DNA of 60,125 nt from Candidatus Hydrothermarchaeota archaeon. GTDB lineage: Archaea; Hydrothermarchaeota; Hydrothermarchaeia; Hydrothermarchaeales; BMS3B. Each line of letters starts with the position of its first letter. Position 1 is the stretch's first letter. The notes under the pieces are model-generated. The model worked only from the letters and a program-made list of their open reading frames with translations. It ran no database searches and had not been told where the DNA came from. Below are positions 9,384 to 19,396 of this stretch, piece by piece. The stretch is from NCBI GenBank assembly GCA_015521565.1, contig WANX01000078.1, positions 1-60,125 on the forward strand, written 5' to 3'. Both the position numbers and the translations under genes were made by a program.

Positions 9384-10304
9384 ATGCGCGCCCTGCTGGT
9401 ACTGCTGCTGCTCCTCCCCGTCGCCGCGGGGCAGGAGTACTACTTCAGGGACTATGTTATCTACCTGTCTCCAGATACCAGGGGCAACGCGGTGGAGGAA
9501 ATCTCCTTTACGGTGGTAAACCTCGGGAGCAATATTTCCGCTGTGGAGTATGCAATGGCAACACTGCCCGAGAGGGTACAGGTATTCGATACCCGGGGGG
9601 AGCTGGACTTCTACACCGAAGGAAACACAATCGTGGTACCCCTCCGCAGCAGACTCCTTCCGGGCGATAGTCAGCGCCTCAGATTTTTATTCACCCTCAG
9701 CGATGTGACTTCAAACTACCGGGGTGACAGCATACTTACCATGAGCTATGTGCCCGAGGTGAGAGTGGTGAACTTCACCTTCGTCGTTGAGCTGCCAAAG
9801 GGCAGTGTGCTGGTATCAGAGCAGCGCTCTGCAGGGGGTACAAGAGCGGCGGTTTATCCAACGCCTGAAAAGATTCTGACCGACGGTGAGCACATAATAA
9901 TAAGGTGGAGGAAGTGGGAGCTCTCTCCAGGAGAAAGCTTCAGGATATTTGTTATGTACACTTCTGCGCAGGAGAGTAAGGCTGGCTATGCCATTGCACT
10001 CGCAGGAGTAGCTGCGGGAGCGGCTTTCACCTACGCCTACCTCCGTTTCAGGAGGAGAGACCGCGGAGGTGAGCACAGCCGGGTTCTCAAGCTGGTGCTG
10101 CGGGAGGATGAGCAGAAGATATTCGACCTGCTGGAGGAGAAGGGTGAGATACTCCAGGAAGAAGTGGTGAGGCGCACAGGTTTTTCAAAGGCAAAGGTCA
10201 GCAAGCTGGTGCGCAACTTGGAGGAGAAGGGTATTATTCGCAAGGAGCCCTACCGCAAGACCAACAGGCTCATATTAAAAAAGGAGTTCGGAGGGAAAGG
10301 GTAA
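9384..10304 (+). CDS. membrane-anchored winged-helix (MarR/TrmB-like) protein with extracellular beta-rich domain
   Basis: Internal ATG 9384 gives signal peptide MRALLVLLLLLPVAAG. TM segment GYAIALAGVAAGAAFTYAYL. C-terminal wHTH IFDLLEEKGEILQEEVVRRTGFSKAKVSKLVRNLEEKGIIRKE. The track start 9243 overlaps ychF. Confidence 0.7.
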   Translation: MRALLVLLLLLPVAAGQEYYFRDYVIYLSPDTRGNAVEEISFTVVNLGSNISAVEYAMATLPERVQVFDTRGELDFYTEGNTIVVPLRSRLLPGDSQRLRFLFTLSDVTSNYRGDSILTMSYVPEVRVVNFTFVVELPKGSVLVSEQRSAGGTRAAVYPTPEKILTDGEHIIIRWRKWELSPGESFRIFVMYTSAQESKAGYAIALAGVAAGAAFTYAYLRFRRRDRGGEHSRVLKLVLREDEQKIFDLLEEKGEILQEEVVRRTGFSKAKVSKLVRNLEEKGIIRKEPYRKTNRLILKKEFGGKG

Positions 10305-10312
10305 AGCGGGGA

Positions 10313-11278
10313 TTATCTGCCGCTCCATCCCCGCTCGCCTCCTGGTGGGGTGCCACCTTCCCGGGCACCTCCTGTCTCAATCTCCACCTCCGTCTCAATT
10401 TCTTCTTCCTCTATTTCAATCTCAACCCTCTCCTCTCTCTCCTCTTCCACCTCCGTCTCTCTCTCCACCGGCTCCGGGAGCTCCTCCTCCACCATCTGCA
10501 GCAGCCGCTCCACATCCTCGGGGGCCAGTCCTGTGCGATTTGCCACCTCCGCAACAATGTCTCCCCGCGTGGTGGCGTTCAACCTCAGCTCATACTCAAC
10601 ACCCGGGAGCTCCACCTCCACCTTCGTTGCATTACCCTCCACTTCGGCTTCAATCCTGCTCTCACCCTCGCCATCCTGCTTGCCCGCCTTGGCACGCTCC
10701 TCCTCCGGTATTCTCGACCTTATCTCCATCTCAAAGCCCTCGCCGCTTATCTCCACCTCCACCTCTCCCTCCTCCATCTCAATCTCTATCTCCCTCAGTC
10801 CCTGCATCGAGACGTTGAGCGCCTGCTCCACCGCAGGCCTCGCCTCCGGCGGCACAAGCTGGTAAACCCGCTTCAGCGTCTCCACATGCCTTGCCGTGGT
10901 ATTCACAAACTCAACCTTTACCTCAGTAACGTTTCCCCCTTTCCTCTCAGCCTGCTCTATCTCCCTCTCCACCTCCTCAATCTCCCGCAGATACTCGTTG
11001 CTGAGCTCCACTATGAACTCCGGCTTCCTCTTCTCCTGCATCTCCCTGATTTCCGCCAGGCGCTCTTCAGCATGCTTCAGCCTGACCTTTATCTTTTTCT
11101 CCTGATCCAGTGCCAGAGCGAGCTCCAGCTTTTCCATCAGCCTGTCGAAGAAGTATAGCAGCGAGTCCGGTGTGATTCCAGCATCCCTCCCCACCGGCAC
11201 CTCTGTCAGATTCTCCTGGGCCATCGCACCGGGTACCATGAGAAGAGCAAGCACCGCACACAAAACCTTCCACCTCAT
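10313..11278 (-). CDS. secreted Glu-rich helical protein, DUF5667-like N-terminus
   Basis: Signal peptide MRWKVLCAVLALLMVPGAMA. PDSLLYFFDRLMEKLELAL resembles DUF5667. Long E/K/R helical region with an EIE/EVE low-complexity tail. Confidence 0.65.
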   Translation of the reverse strand: MRWKVLCAVLALLMVPGAMAQENLTEVPVGRDAGITPDSLLYFFDRLMEKLELALALDQEKKIKVRLKHAEERLAEIREMQEKRKPEFIVELSNEYLREIEEVEREIEQAERKGGNVTEVKVEFVNTTARHVETLKRVYQLVPPEARPAVEQALNVSMQGLREIEIEMEEGEVEVEISGEGFEMEIRSRIPEEERAKAGKQDGEGESRIEAEVEGNATKVEVELPGVEYELRLNATTRGDIVAEVANRTGLAPEDVERLLQMVEEELPEPVERETEVEEEREERVEIEIEEEEIETEVEIETGGAREGGTPPGGERGWSGR

Positions 11279-11428
11279 TCTGCATGACCTCCTGACTGCC
11301 GCTTGAATACCCTTTCCCGGAGGATACTATTAAAATATCCGGGTAAATCGTTTACCCCGCAGGAAGGCTGTGAAAAATAAGCTGCCATTTTCAGGAGCAG
11401 AGGACAGATTGTGTTTATCTCAGTTTAT

Positions 11429-11845
11429 TCACCTCACAACAAGCACAGGACAGGGAGCGTGCCTCACCACGTGCTCTGAAACACTGCCCATCAGCAGCCT
11501 TTTCAAACCAGTTCTTCCCAGGCTTCCAACCACCAGAAGCTCATACCCGCCGAACTTCGCTTCCTCCAGAATTGCGGCTGCCACATTCCTGGAAATCATG
11601 ACCTCAGTTTCAATTTTGACCCCCGCCTCCTCTGCCAGCTTCTCAATATGTCGGAACACATGCCTTGCAGTTCTTGCCCTCTCCTCCTCAATTTCCTCTG
11701 GCGACAGCCTTTTGGGAGGCTCCAGCTTCAAAACATGGAGAGCCGTCAGCTCGGCTTTCAGCTTCTTTGCAAGAAAAATGGCATACTCTCCGGCAAGTTC
11801 AGAAAAGGCAGAGCCGTCAGTGGCAAGGAGTATTCTGGATATCAT
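11429..11845 (-). CDS. universal stress protein (UspA family)
   Basis: ILLATDGS..A..YA..LA, VVGS.GR.G..R.L.GSVSE.V..HA.CPVLVV pattern. Confidence 0.85.
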   Translation of the reverse strand: MISRILLATDGSAFSELAGEYAIFLAKKLKAELTALHVLKLEPPKRLSPEEIEEERARTARHVFRHIEKLAEEAGVKIETEVMISRNVAAAILEEAKFGGYELLVVGSLGRTGLKRLLMGSVSEHVVRHAPCPVLVVR

Positions 11846-11854
11846 TGGGATGCC

Positions 11855-13405
11855 TCACACCACGTAGATGTACTCAGCTTTGTAGGTGAAGGGCTTAAAC
11901 ATTTCCCCCATGCCGGAGTAGAATCTGCGGAAGAATTCCAGCCAGTGGAGCCTTAGCGACTGGACAAAAACCAGGAAGGTGCCCGAGACCAGAATGAATG
12001 CAGCTCCTGCGCAGAAGAGCAGAAGGGACACAAGAGCACCGGCCACCCCCTGTGGCACGCTTTCGACAGCGCCGGTGAGCAGCCTCGACAGCGTCACGTG
12101 CACCGATGCCAGTGCAGCGACCCTGGCGTAGGACATCACGTTGGCCGCCAGGGCGATGAGCTCCTCCAGCGCCACAGCACCCGTTGCAAGCACCAGGCCG
12201 AGCAGACCCGTGGCAGTGAGCATCAGCCCAAAAATCTGCTGCGGCTGCACAAAGCAGGCTACCCCGCCCCACAGCACAAGCAGCAGGGAGAGAGAATATC
12301 CCACATCCCTGCCGGAGGCTATTCGTGAGACCAGACTGACAGAAATATGAACAACTCCCAGAAGTAGTGAAATTTTGAGTAGATGATAGAGATTGTCCAT
12401 AAATTCGGGGCGCAGACCCTCAATTTTTAAGATGCCTCCGAAGAACTCACCTGCAAGCAGACCGAAAAACATGGAGGCGGTGCCTGCATAAAAGAGGATC
12501 AGGTTGATGTCCTTTACTGTGCGCTCCCTGCGGGTGGTAAGCAGATATAGACTCAGACTGAGTGCGCTGAGCACAAGGCCGTAGCCCACATCCGCAAACA
12601 TCATCCCGAACAATGCTGTAAAGCTCACCGCCAGCAGTGGCGTAGGGTCTATGCCGTTATACTCCGGAACACCGTAGGAGGTGGTAAGCACCTCGTAGGG
12701 TCTGATTATACGGGGATTGTCCAGAAGAATCGGAGGGGAGTCGCTCTCCGAAGGCGGCTCCAGCTGCGTGAGGGCAAGTCCCCTGGAGGCCTCCTGAAGA
12801 GCATGGCACACCGTGCTGGCCTGTTTCTGGGGCACCCAGCCTGCGATTACAATACTGCTCCTGGTGCGCCCGAACATTCGGCAGGCCTCTGCCCTTAGCC
12901 TGAGGTTTTCAAGCATATCCTTCAGTGCAAGCAGATGCACACGGCGTCTCCTCTTCCAGAGGAGAAGCTCCCTTCTCAGATGTTCAAGAGCACTGAGAAT
13001 AGTTTCCCTCTCCCCGGGAGTCTCCACACTCTCCAGCCGCGACTCCAGCTCAGAAAGCCTGTGCCAGTATTCCCGGTACTCCTCTTCAATCCTGTCCAGC
13101 GCCTGCTCCACGGCACCGGCACTCAGAGCCTCGACCAGCTCAACCGGCACTGCTCTTGGACCGAGCAGACGATTTACAGCTCTCTCCACCCTGCCCGGTG
13201 ACAGGTCTTTGAGCAGATTTTCCAGCCTCTCTTCAAGGGCAATTATCCGCTCCATGTCCGTGTCCAGAGGTTTGAGAAAATCAAAGCACTTTTTTACGTC
13301 AAAGAACTGTACGCAGCCAAGCCTCTGGAGCTGTTCCAGCAGGTTCTGCAGAGCAGACTCATGAACGATGCAGAAGAGTTTCAGCATGCGCGCAGGTCTG
13401 AACAT
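11855..13405 (-). CDS. A/V-type ATPase subunit I-like protein (short, orphan)
   Basis: N-terminus RPARMLKLFCIVH, NGIDPTPLLAVSFTALFGMMFADVGYG, MSYARVAALASVH, and LRLHWLEFFRRFYSGMG..F.PF are typical of subunit I/a. No other atp genes are in the window. Confidence 0.7.
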   Translation of the reverse strand: MFRPARMLKLFCIVHESALQNLLEQLQRLGCVQFFDVKKCFDFLKPLDTDMERIIALEERLENLLKDLSPGRVERAVNRLLGPRAVPVELVEALSAGAVEQALDRIEEEYREYWHRLSELESRLESVETPGERETILSALEHLRRELLLWKRRRRVHLLALKDMLENLRLRAEACRMFGRTRSSIVIAGWVPQKQASTVCHALQEASRGLALTQLEPPSESDSPPILLDNPRIIRPYEVLTTSYGVPEYNGIDPTPLLAVSFTALFGMMFADVGYGLVLSALSLSLYLLTTRRERTVKDINLILFYAGTASMFFGLLAGEFFGGILKIEGLRPEFMDNLYHLLKISLLLGVVHISVSLVSRIASGRDVGYSLSLLLVLWGGVACFVQPQQIFGLMLTATGLLGLVLATGAVALEELIALAANVMSYARVAALASVHVTLSRLLTGAVESVPQGVAGALVSLLLFCAGAAFILVSGTFLVFVQSLRLHWLEFFRRFYSGMGEMFKPFTYKAEYIYVV

Positions 13406-13449
13406 CCTTTTAATATATATGGGATGATGGAGTATAAAAGGTAGATACC
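13406..13449. promoter_or_regulatory. divergent promoter region with two TATA-like boxes
   Basis: ttaatatatat (about 13409-13420) lies 30-40 nt upstream of ATG 13450. ggagtataaaagg (about 13430-13441, read on the minus strand) lies 27-35 nt upstream of ATG 13405. Both arrangements are consistent with leaderless transcripts. Confidence 0.35.
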
Positions 13450-14352
13450 ATGGATGCCGGGAGATTCCGGACGGGCGAAAGAGCAGCCCTCGTTGGGATA
13501 CTTGGAAACAGCACCCTTGCGGCGATGAAGCTGGTGGCGGGCGTGCTCACAGGAAGCGCCGCCCTTGTGGCCGATGCGCTGGACTCCTTTTCCGACACCC
13601 TCTCATCTCTGATAACCTGGCTTGGCATGAGGATTAGCCAGAAGCCGGCGGATGATACCCACCCCTACGGCCACTACGATGCAGAGGCAATAGCCGGACT
13701 TATAGGCTCAATTATTCTGGTACTCCTGGCGTATGAACTGGCCAGCCAGGCAGCGGCGCGGATAATTCAGGGTGCACGCCCCGTGGAAGTCTCTGCAATC
13801 CTGGCGGTGTTCTTAAACCTGGCCGGAAAGGCGTACCTTGCCTGGTACACGCGCAGAGTTGCCGAGAGAATAAAAAGCCCCGCACTGGCAGCAAATGCCG
13901 CAAACTACAGGGGTGATGTTTACACCTCCGTGGCAATCCTCATAGGGATTCTGGCAAACACGCAGGGGCTGTACATCCTGGATCCGCTGATTGCTCTTGG
14001 GATAACCCTGCTAATCTTCAAAACCGCCGTGGAAATAGGGTGGAAGAACATCCTGAATCTGATGGGAACTGTGCCGTCTCCGGAGATGGTGCGCAGGATT
14101 GAGGCTCTGAGCAAGGATGTTGATGGCGTAATAGATGTGCACAGGGTGAGGGTACATGCCATGGGTGCGTACAACAAGGTTGACCTCCATGTATGTGTGG
14201 ACGAAAACCTGCCCCTGAAGGAGGCTCACAGGGTGGCCCACAAGGTTCAGACGCGCATAGTGGAGAACATACCTGAGATTACTTCGGCGCTTGTTCATGT
14301 GGAGCCATACGATGAGCACCACAGGGAGGTGCATTTCAACAATAAAAAGTAG
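13450..14352 (+). CDS. cation diffusion facilitator (CDF) family metal efflux transporter
   Basis: GILGNSTLAAMKLVAGVLTGSAALVADALDSFSD, the HPYGH motif, and a C-terminal cytoplasmic domain DVHRVRVH.G....VDLHV. Confidence 0.85.
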   Translation: MDAGRFRTGERAALVGILGNSTLAAMKLVAGVLTGSAALVADALDSFSDTLSSLITWLGMRISQKPADDTHPYGHYDAEAIAGLIGSIILVLLAYELASQAAARIIQGARPVEVSAILAVFLNLAGKAYLAWYTRRVAERIKSPALAANAANYRGDVYTSVAILIGILANTQGLYILDPLIALGITLLIFKTAVEIGWKNILNLMGTVPSPEMVRRIEALSKDVDGVIDVHRVRVHAMGAYNKVDLHVCVDENLPLKEAHRVAHKVQTRIVENIPEITSALVHVEPYDEHHREVHFNNKK

Positions 14353-14553
14353 CTATCTGGTCACCTGGGCGATGGAAATGTTTCTCTCAGCGTCCACCCA
14401 GTCGGTTATAACCTGTGAGAAGTTTCTGATGGAGTCCCTCAGGGTGAATATGGTGAGGGCTCCCACAAGCACGCCGCCGACAAGGAGGATAAATTCCAGA
14501 CTGACCTGTGCCCTTTCCCCGTATAGCATCTTCATTGATTTATCTATTCTCAC
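14353..14553 (-). CDS. class III signal peptide (archaeal type IV pilin-like) protein
   Basis: GERAQVSLEFILLVGGVLVGALTIF matches the prepilin-peptidase site plus hydrophobic helix seen in Class_IIIsignal proteins. The start is probably one of the internal Met residues (MKMLYG). Confidence 0.6.
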   Translation of the reverse strand: MRIDKSMKMLYGERAQVSLEFILLVGGVLVGALTIFTLRDSIRNFSQVITDWVDAERNISIAQVTR

Positions 14554-14615
14554 CGCAGGATATAAAGCTTTTTACGCATACGCACACAAATCATAATCGG
14601 AGGTGAGATGAGAAC

Positions 14616-14774
14616 ATGGTTAAGCTGCAGAAGACCATGAAGGGTGAATATTACATCCAGCTTCCCCGGGAGCTGGTGCGTCTCGCAGGATGGAAGGCGG
14701 GCGATGAGATTGATGTGCGTCTGGGCAGCGAGGTAACTCCTGGCAGGCGCGATCTGGTGCTGATGCTCAAATAA
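14616..14774 (+). CDS. AbrB/SpoVT-type DNA-binding protein, 52 aa (below track cutoff)
   Basis: My translation is MVKLQKTMKGEYYIQLPRELVRLAGWKAGDEIDVRLGSEVTPGRRDLVLMLK. The I.LP.E....G.K.GDE pattern is the swapped-hairpin motif. GGAGGTGA lies about 10 nt upstream. Confidence 0.6.
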   Translation: MVKLQKTMKGEYYIQLPRELVRLAGWKAGDEIDVRLGSEVTPGRRDLVLMLK

Positions 14775-14792
14775 TCCTATGAAAAACTTTAA

Positions 14793-15860
<1,068 letters not shown>

Positions 15861-15865
15861 GGAGC

Positions 15866-16771
15866 ATGCTGGAGGTTGAGCTCTGCGGGATAAGGCTGAG
15901 AAACCCCACCATGCTGGCGAGCGGCATCCTGGGCACAAGCGGGGCGGCTTTGAAGCGCGTTGCGAAAAGCGGCGGCGCAGGCGCAATAGTTACCAAGTCC
16001 ATCGGCCTGACCCCGAGGGAGGGGCACAGGAATCCGACGGTGGTGGAGATAAGCGGCGGGCTGATAAGCGCCATTGGCTTGGCCAACCCCGGCTACGAGG
16101 AGTTCGGCGAGGAGATTCGCGTTGCCAGGGAGGGCGGTGTTCCGGTTATAGGCAGCGTTTATGGCTTCAACTTCGCTGAGTACGCCACCGTTGCTGAGAA
16201 GCTGGAGAGCTACGGCGTCTCTGCAATAGAGCTGAACATCTCCTACCCCAATGTGGGCAAGGCAGGGGCATTTTTCGGCTACAGCGAGGAGCTCGCCTCC
16301 GAGGTGGTGAGGGAGGTTAAAAAGAAGGTGCGCCTGCCGGTGATAGCGAAGCTCACCGCCGGCGCGGGGGATATTGTGGCTATTGCAAAAGCCTGCGAGG
16401 ACGCTGGCGCGGATGCGATAACCGCGATTGGTGCGCTGCGCGCCATGAAGATAGACCTCACCACCGCAAAGCCTGTGCTTGGAAACGAGGTCGGCGGTCT
16501 TTCGGGGCCGTGCATAAAGCCCATCGCCCTGCGCTGCGTGTACGAGATTGCCAGAGAAGTGAGCGTGCCGGTGATAGGCTGCGGGGGCATAGCCACAGGC
16601 AGGGACGCGGTGGAGTTCTTCCTCGCGGGCGCAAGGGCGGTGCAGATAGGTACGGCGGTGCTCTACCGCGGCATAACTGTTTTCAAGAAGGTGTCCCAGG
16701 AGATAAAGGAGTACCTGGAGGAGAACGGCCACGCGAGCGTGGATGAGATTGTTGGCCTGGCCCTGAGGTAG
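15866..16771 (+). CDS. pyrD: dihydroorotate dehydrogenase (class 1B) catalytic subunit
   Basis: LRNPTMLASG, IELNISYPN, GLSGPCIKPIALRCVY, and IGCGGI motifs. Confidence 0.9.
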   Translation: MLEVELCGIRLRNPTMLASGILGTSGAALKRVAKSGGAGAIVTKSIGLTPREGHRNPTVVEISGGLISAIGLANPGYEEFGEEIRVAREGGVPVIGSVYGFNFAEYATVAEKLESYGVSAIELNISYPNVGKAGAFFGYSEELASEVVREVKKKVRLPVIAKLTAGAGDIVAIAKACEDAGADAITAIGALRAMKIDLTTAKPVLGNEVGGLSGPCIKPIALRCVYEIAREVSVPVIGCGGIATGRDAVEFFLAGARAVQIGTAVLYRGITVFKKVSQEIKEYLEENGHASVDEIVGLALR

Positions 16772-17574
16772 TGGAAATGCACGAGATGCAGGTTGTGGAG
16801 ATTAAGAGGATAATCAAGGAGACGAAGCGGATAAGGACGTTTATCCTCGACCTGGACGTGAGCGCAATTCCCGGGCAGTTTGTGATGGTCTGGCTCCCTG
16901 GTGTGGATGAGAAGCCCATGAGTGCCAGCTACACCAGGGGAGACCTGGGAATAACCGTGCTCCGCCTGGGCGACTTTACGCGCCGCCTCTTTGAGCTGAG
17001 CCCGGGCGATCTGCTGGGCATACGCGGGCCTATGGGCAGGGGCTTCAAGGTCTACGGCGACAGGCTCCTGCTTGTGGGCGGCGGCGTGGGCGTGGCGCCG
17101 CTCGCACCGCTTGCGGAGGAGGCTCTAAGCGAAGGAAAGGAGGTTACAGCGATAATCGGGGCGATAACCAAGAGCGAGCTCCTCTTCGTGGACCGCATCG
17201 CAAAGGCGGGCGGAAGGGTGCTCATCTCCACCGACGACGGCAGCGCGGGCAAGAAGGGCTTCACCACCGACGTGCTGCGCGAGCTGCTGGAGGAGGAGAG
17301 CTTCGACCAGTGCTTCACCTGCGGACCCGAGATAATGATGGCAAAGGTGCTCGCGATAACCAGGGAGAAGCGCATACCCACGCAGGCGTCGCTGCACCGC
17401 TACTTCAAGTGCGGAATAGGGATATGCGGGCAGTGTGTGCTTGACGGCATAGGCCTGCGCGTGTGCAAGGAGGGTCCAACCTTCAGGGACAAGGAGCTCT
17501 GGAAGTCGCCCGAGTTCGGGCACTACTGGCGCAACGCCGCAGGGCAGAAGATATACTTCGGAGGTAAGAGGTGA
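16771..17574 (+). CDS. pyrK: dihydroorotate dehydrogenase electron-transfer subunit
   Basis: FAD/NAD-binding fold (GQFVMVW, GPMGRGF, LLVGGGVGVAPL) and a C-terminal 2Fe-2S Cys cluster CGIGICGQC..C. The start may be ATG 16777 or 16786. Confidence 0.85.
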   Translation: MEMHEMQVVEIKRIIKETKRIRTFILDLDVSAIPGQFVMVWLPGVDEKPMSASYTRGDLGITVLRLGDFTRRLFELSPGDLLGIRGPMGRGFKVYGDRLLLVGGGVGVAPLAPLAEEALSEGKEVTAIIGAITKSELLFVDRIAKAGGRVLISTDDGSAGKKGFTTDVLRELLEEESFDQCFTCGPEIMMAKVLAITREKRIPTQASLHRYFKCGIGICGQCVLDGIGLRVCKEGPTFRDKELWKSPEFGHYWRNAAGQKIYFGGKR

Positions 17575-17579
17575 GAGAG

Positions 17580-18692
17580 ATGAAGGTTACTGTGAGTTTG
17601 ATTAAGGCAGACGTGGGTGGCTATCCCGGGCACGTGGCTGTGCACCCGGAGCTTAAAAGCGAGGCCGAGAAGGTGCTGAGCGAGGGGAAGGAGACAGGGA
17701 TTATAGTGGACTTCCGTGTGCTCAGCGCCGGCGACGACCTGGAGCTGGTGATGAGCCACCGCCGCGGCGTGGACAGCGAGGAGGTGCACCGCCTGGCGTG
17801 GAGCGCCTTCGAGGCGGCCACGGCTCGTGCTAAGGAGATGAAGCTCTACGGCGCGGGGCAGGATTTGCTCAGCGACGCCTTCTCGGGCAATGTGCGCGGC
17901 ATGGGGCCGGGTGTGGCGGAGCTGGAGCTTAAGGAGCGCAAGTCAGAGCCGCTTGTGGCGTTTATGATGGACAAAACAGAGCCTGGTGCCTTCAACCTGC
18001 CCATATTCAGAATCTTCGCCGACCCCTTCAACACCGCTGGCCTGGTGATAGACCCGGCGCTTCACTCCGGCTTCCGCTTTGAGGTGTGGGACATAATGGA
18101 GCACCGCCGTGTTGTGCTCTCCGCACCGGAGGAGATGTACGACCTTCTTGCGCTAATTGGCGCGAAGTCGCGCTACGTGATAAAGCGCGTTTATCCCAAG
18201 GAGGGGCACAGCATAAGCAGTGAGGAGGCGGTGGCGGTTGTGAGCACAGAGAAGCTCTACCAGATCGCAGGCGAGTACGTGGGCAAGGACGATCCTGTGG
18301 CTCTCGTGAGGGCGCAGTCAGGCCTGCCAGCGCTTGGCGAAGTGCTCGAGGCCTTTGCCTTCCCGCATCTGGTGAGCGGCTGGATGCGGGGCTCCCACAA
18401 TGGGCCGGTGATGCCGGTGAGCTTCAAGGATGCGAGGTGCACCCGCTTCGACGGCCCGCCGCGCGTGGTTGCGGCAGGCTTCCAGCTAAGCAACGGCAGG
18501 CTTGTTGGGCCCGTCGATCTTTTCGACGACCCCGCCTTCGACTACACCCGCAAAAAGGCGCAGGAGGTGGCCGAGTACATGCGCCGCCACGGCCCCTTCG
18601 AGCCGCACCGCCTGCCTCTGGAGGATATGGAGTACACCACCCTGCCCAATGTTCTGAAACGCCTGGAGGAGCGCTTTGAGAGGGTGGAGTAG
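17580..18692 (+). CDS. fbp: fructose-1,6-bisphosphate aldolase/phosphatase (class V FBPase)
   Basis: MKVTVSLIKADVGGYPGH N-terminus and overall conservation, about 370 aa. ATG 17580 is preferred over the track GTG 17571. Confidence 0.9.
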   Translation: MKVTVSLIKADVGGYPGHVAVHPELKSEAEKVLSEGKETGIIVDFRVLSAGDDLELVMSHRRGVDSEEVHRLAWSAFEAATARAKEMKLYGAGQDLLSDAFSGNVRGMGPGVAELELKERKSEPLVAFMMDKTEPGAFNLPIFRIFADPFNTAGLVIDPALHSGFRFEVWDIMEHRRVVLSAPEEMYDLLALIGAKSRYVIKRVYPKEGHSISSEEAVAVVSTEKLYQIAGEYVGKDDPVALVRAQSGLPALGEVLEAFAFPHLVSGWMRGSHNGPVMPVSFKDARCTRFDGPPRVVAAGFQLSNGRLVGPVDLFDDPAFDYTRKKAQEVAEYMRRHGPFEPHRLPLEDMEYTTLPNVLKRLEERFERVE

Positions 18693-19379
18693 GTGGTGCA
18701 GCACATGAAGATAAGGACGCCGGTGATAATGCTGAACGTCAAGGCTTACAGCGAAAGCATGGGGGCGCGCGATGTTGAGCTTGCGAGGCTGTGCGAGAGC
18801 GTTGCCGAGGAAACCGGGGTGAGCATCGCCTACTGTCCGCAGCAGGTGGACCTCGCGCTTGTTGCGAGGGAGGTGAGCATACCCGTGCTGGCGCAGCACG
18901 TGGAGGCTTTCTCCCCGGGTTCGCACACCGGCTATGTGGTGCTTGAAGCTATAAAGGAAGCCGGCGCAGTTGGCACGCTGGTGAACCACAGCGAGCACCG
19001 CCTCCGCCTCGCGGACATAGATGCGATAGTGGCACGGGCGAAGGAGCTGGAGCTGTACACGGTGGTGTGCACCAACAACATAGCCACGAGCAAAGCGTGT
19101 GCCGAGCTCTCGCCCAGCTGCATAGCGGTTGAGCCTCCCGCCCTTATTGGCACGGGCATCCCCGTATCTAAGGCGGAGCCCGAGGTGGTGCAGCAGAGCG
19201 TTGAGGCTGTGAAGGAGATAGATAAGAATATTACAGTGCTCTGCGGCGCCGGAATAAGCACCGGCGAGGATGTCCGCGCCGCCATCGAGCTCGGTGCAGA
19301 GGGCGTGCTCCTTGCGAGCGGCGTTGTAAAGGCCAAGGACCCAAGAGCGGTGCTCCTCGACCTGGCGAGCGGCGTCTAA
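18693..19379 (+). CDS. tpiA: triosephosphate isomerase (archaeal type)
   Basis: VIMLNVKAY, LVNHSEHR, IAVEPPALIGTG, and LCGAGIS motifs. The start may be ATG 18705. Confidence 0.9.
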   Translation: MVQHMKIRTPVIMLNVKAYSESMGARDVELARLCESVAEETGVSIAYCPQQVDLALVAREVSIPVLAQHVEAFSPGSHTGYVVLEAIKEAGAVGTLVNHSEHRLRLADIDAIVARAKELELYTVVCTNNIATSKACAELSPSCIAVEPPALIGTGIPVSKAEPEVVQQSVEAVKEIDKNITVLCGAGISTGEDVRAAIELGAEGVLLASGVVKAKDPRAVLLDLASGV

Positions 19380-19396
19380 TTCAGCTATAACTATTA

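Noticed and set aside
10313-10520. Periodic GAG/GAA-rich nucleotide repeats, considered as a tandem repeat or CRISPR-like array
   Set aside because: The repeats are in-frame coding low complexity (EIE/EVE/EEE tail), with no spacer-repeat structure. No CRISPR array was seen anywhere in the window.
10345-10865. Pro/Ser-rich + strand ORFs (157 and 171 aa)
   Set aside because: They are the mirror image of the Glu-rich minus-strand gene: GAG/GAA codons read as CTC/TTC on the other strand. The minus-strand ORF has a clear signal peptide and a DUF5667-like motif.
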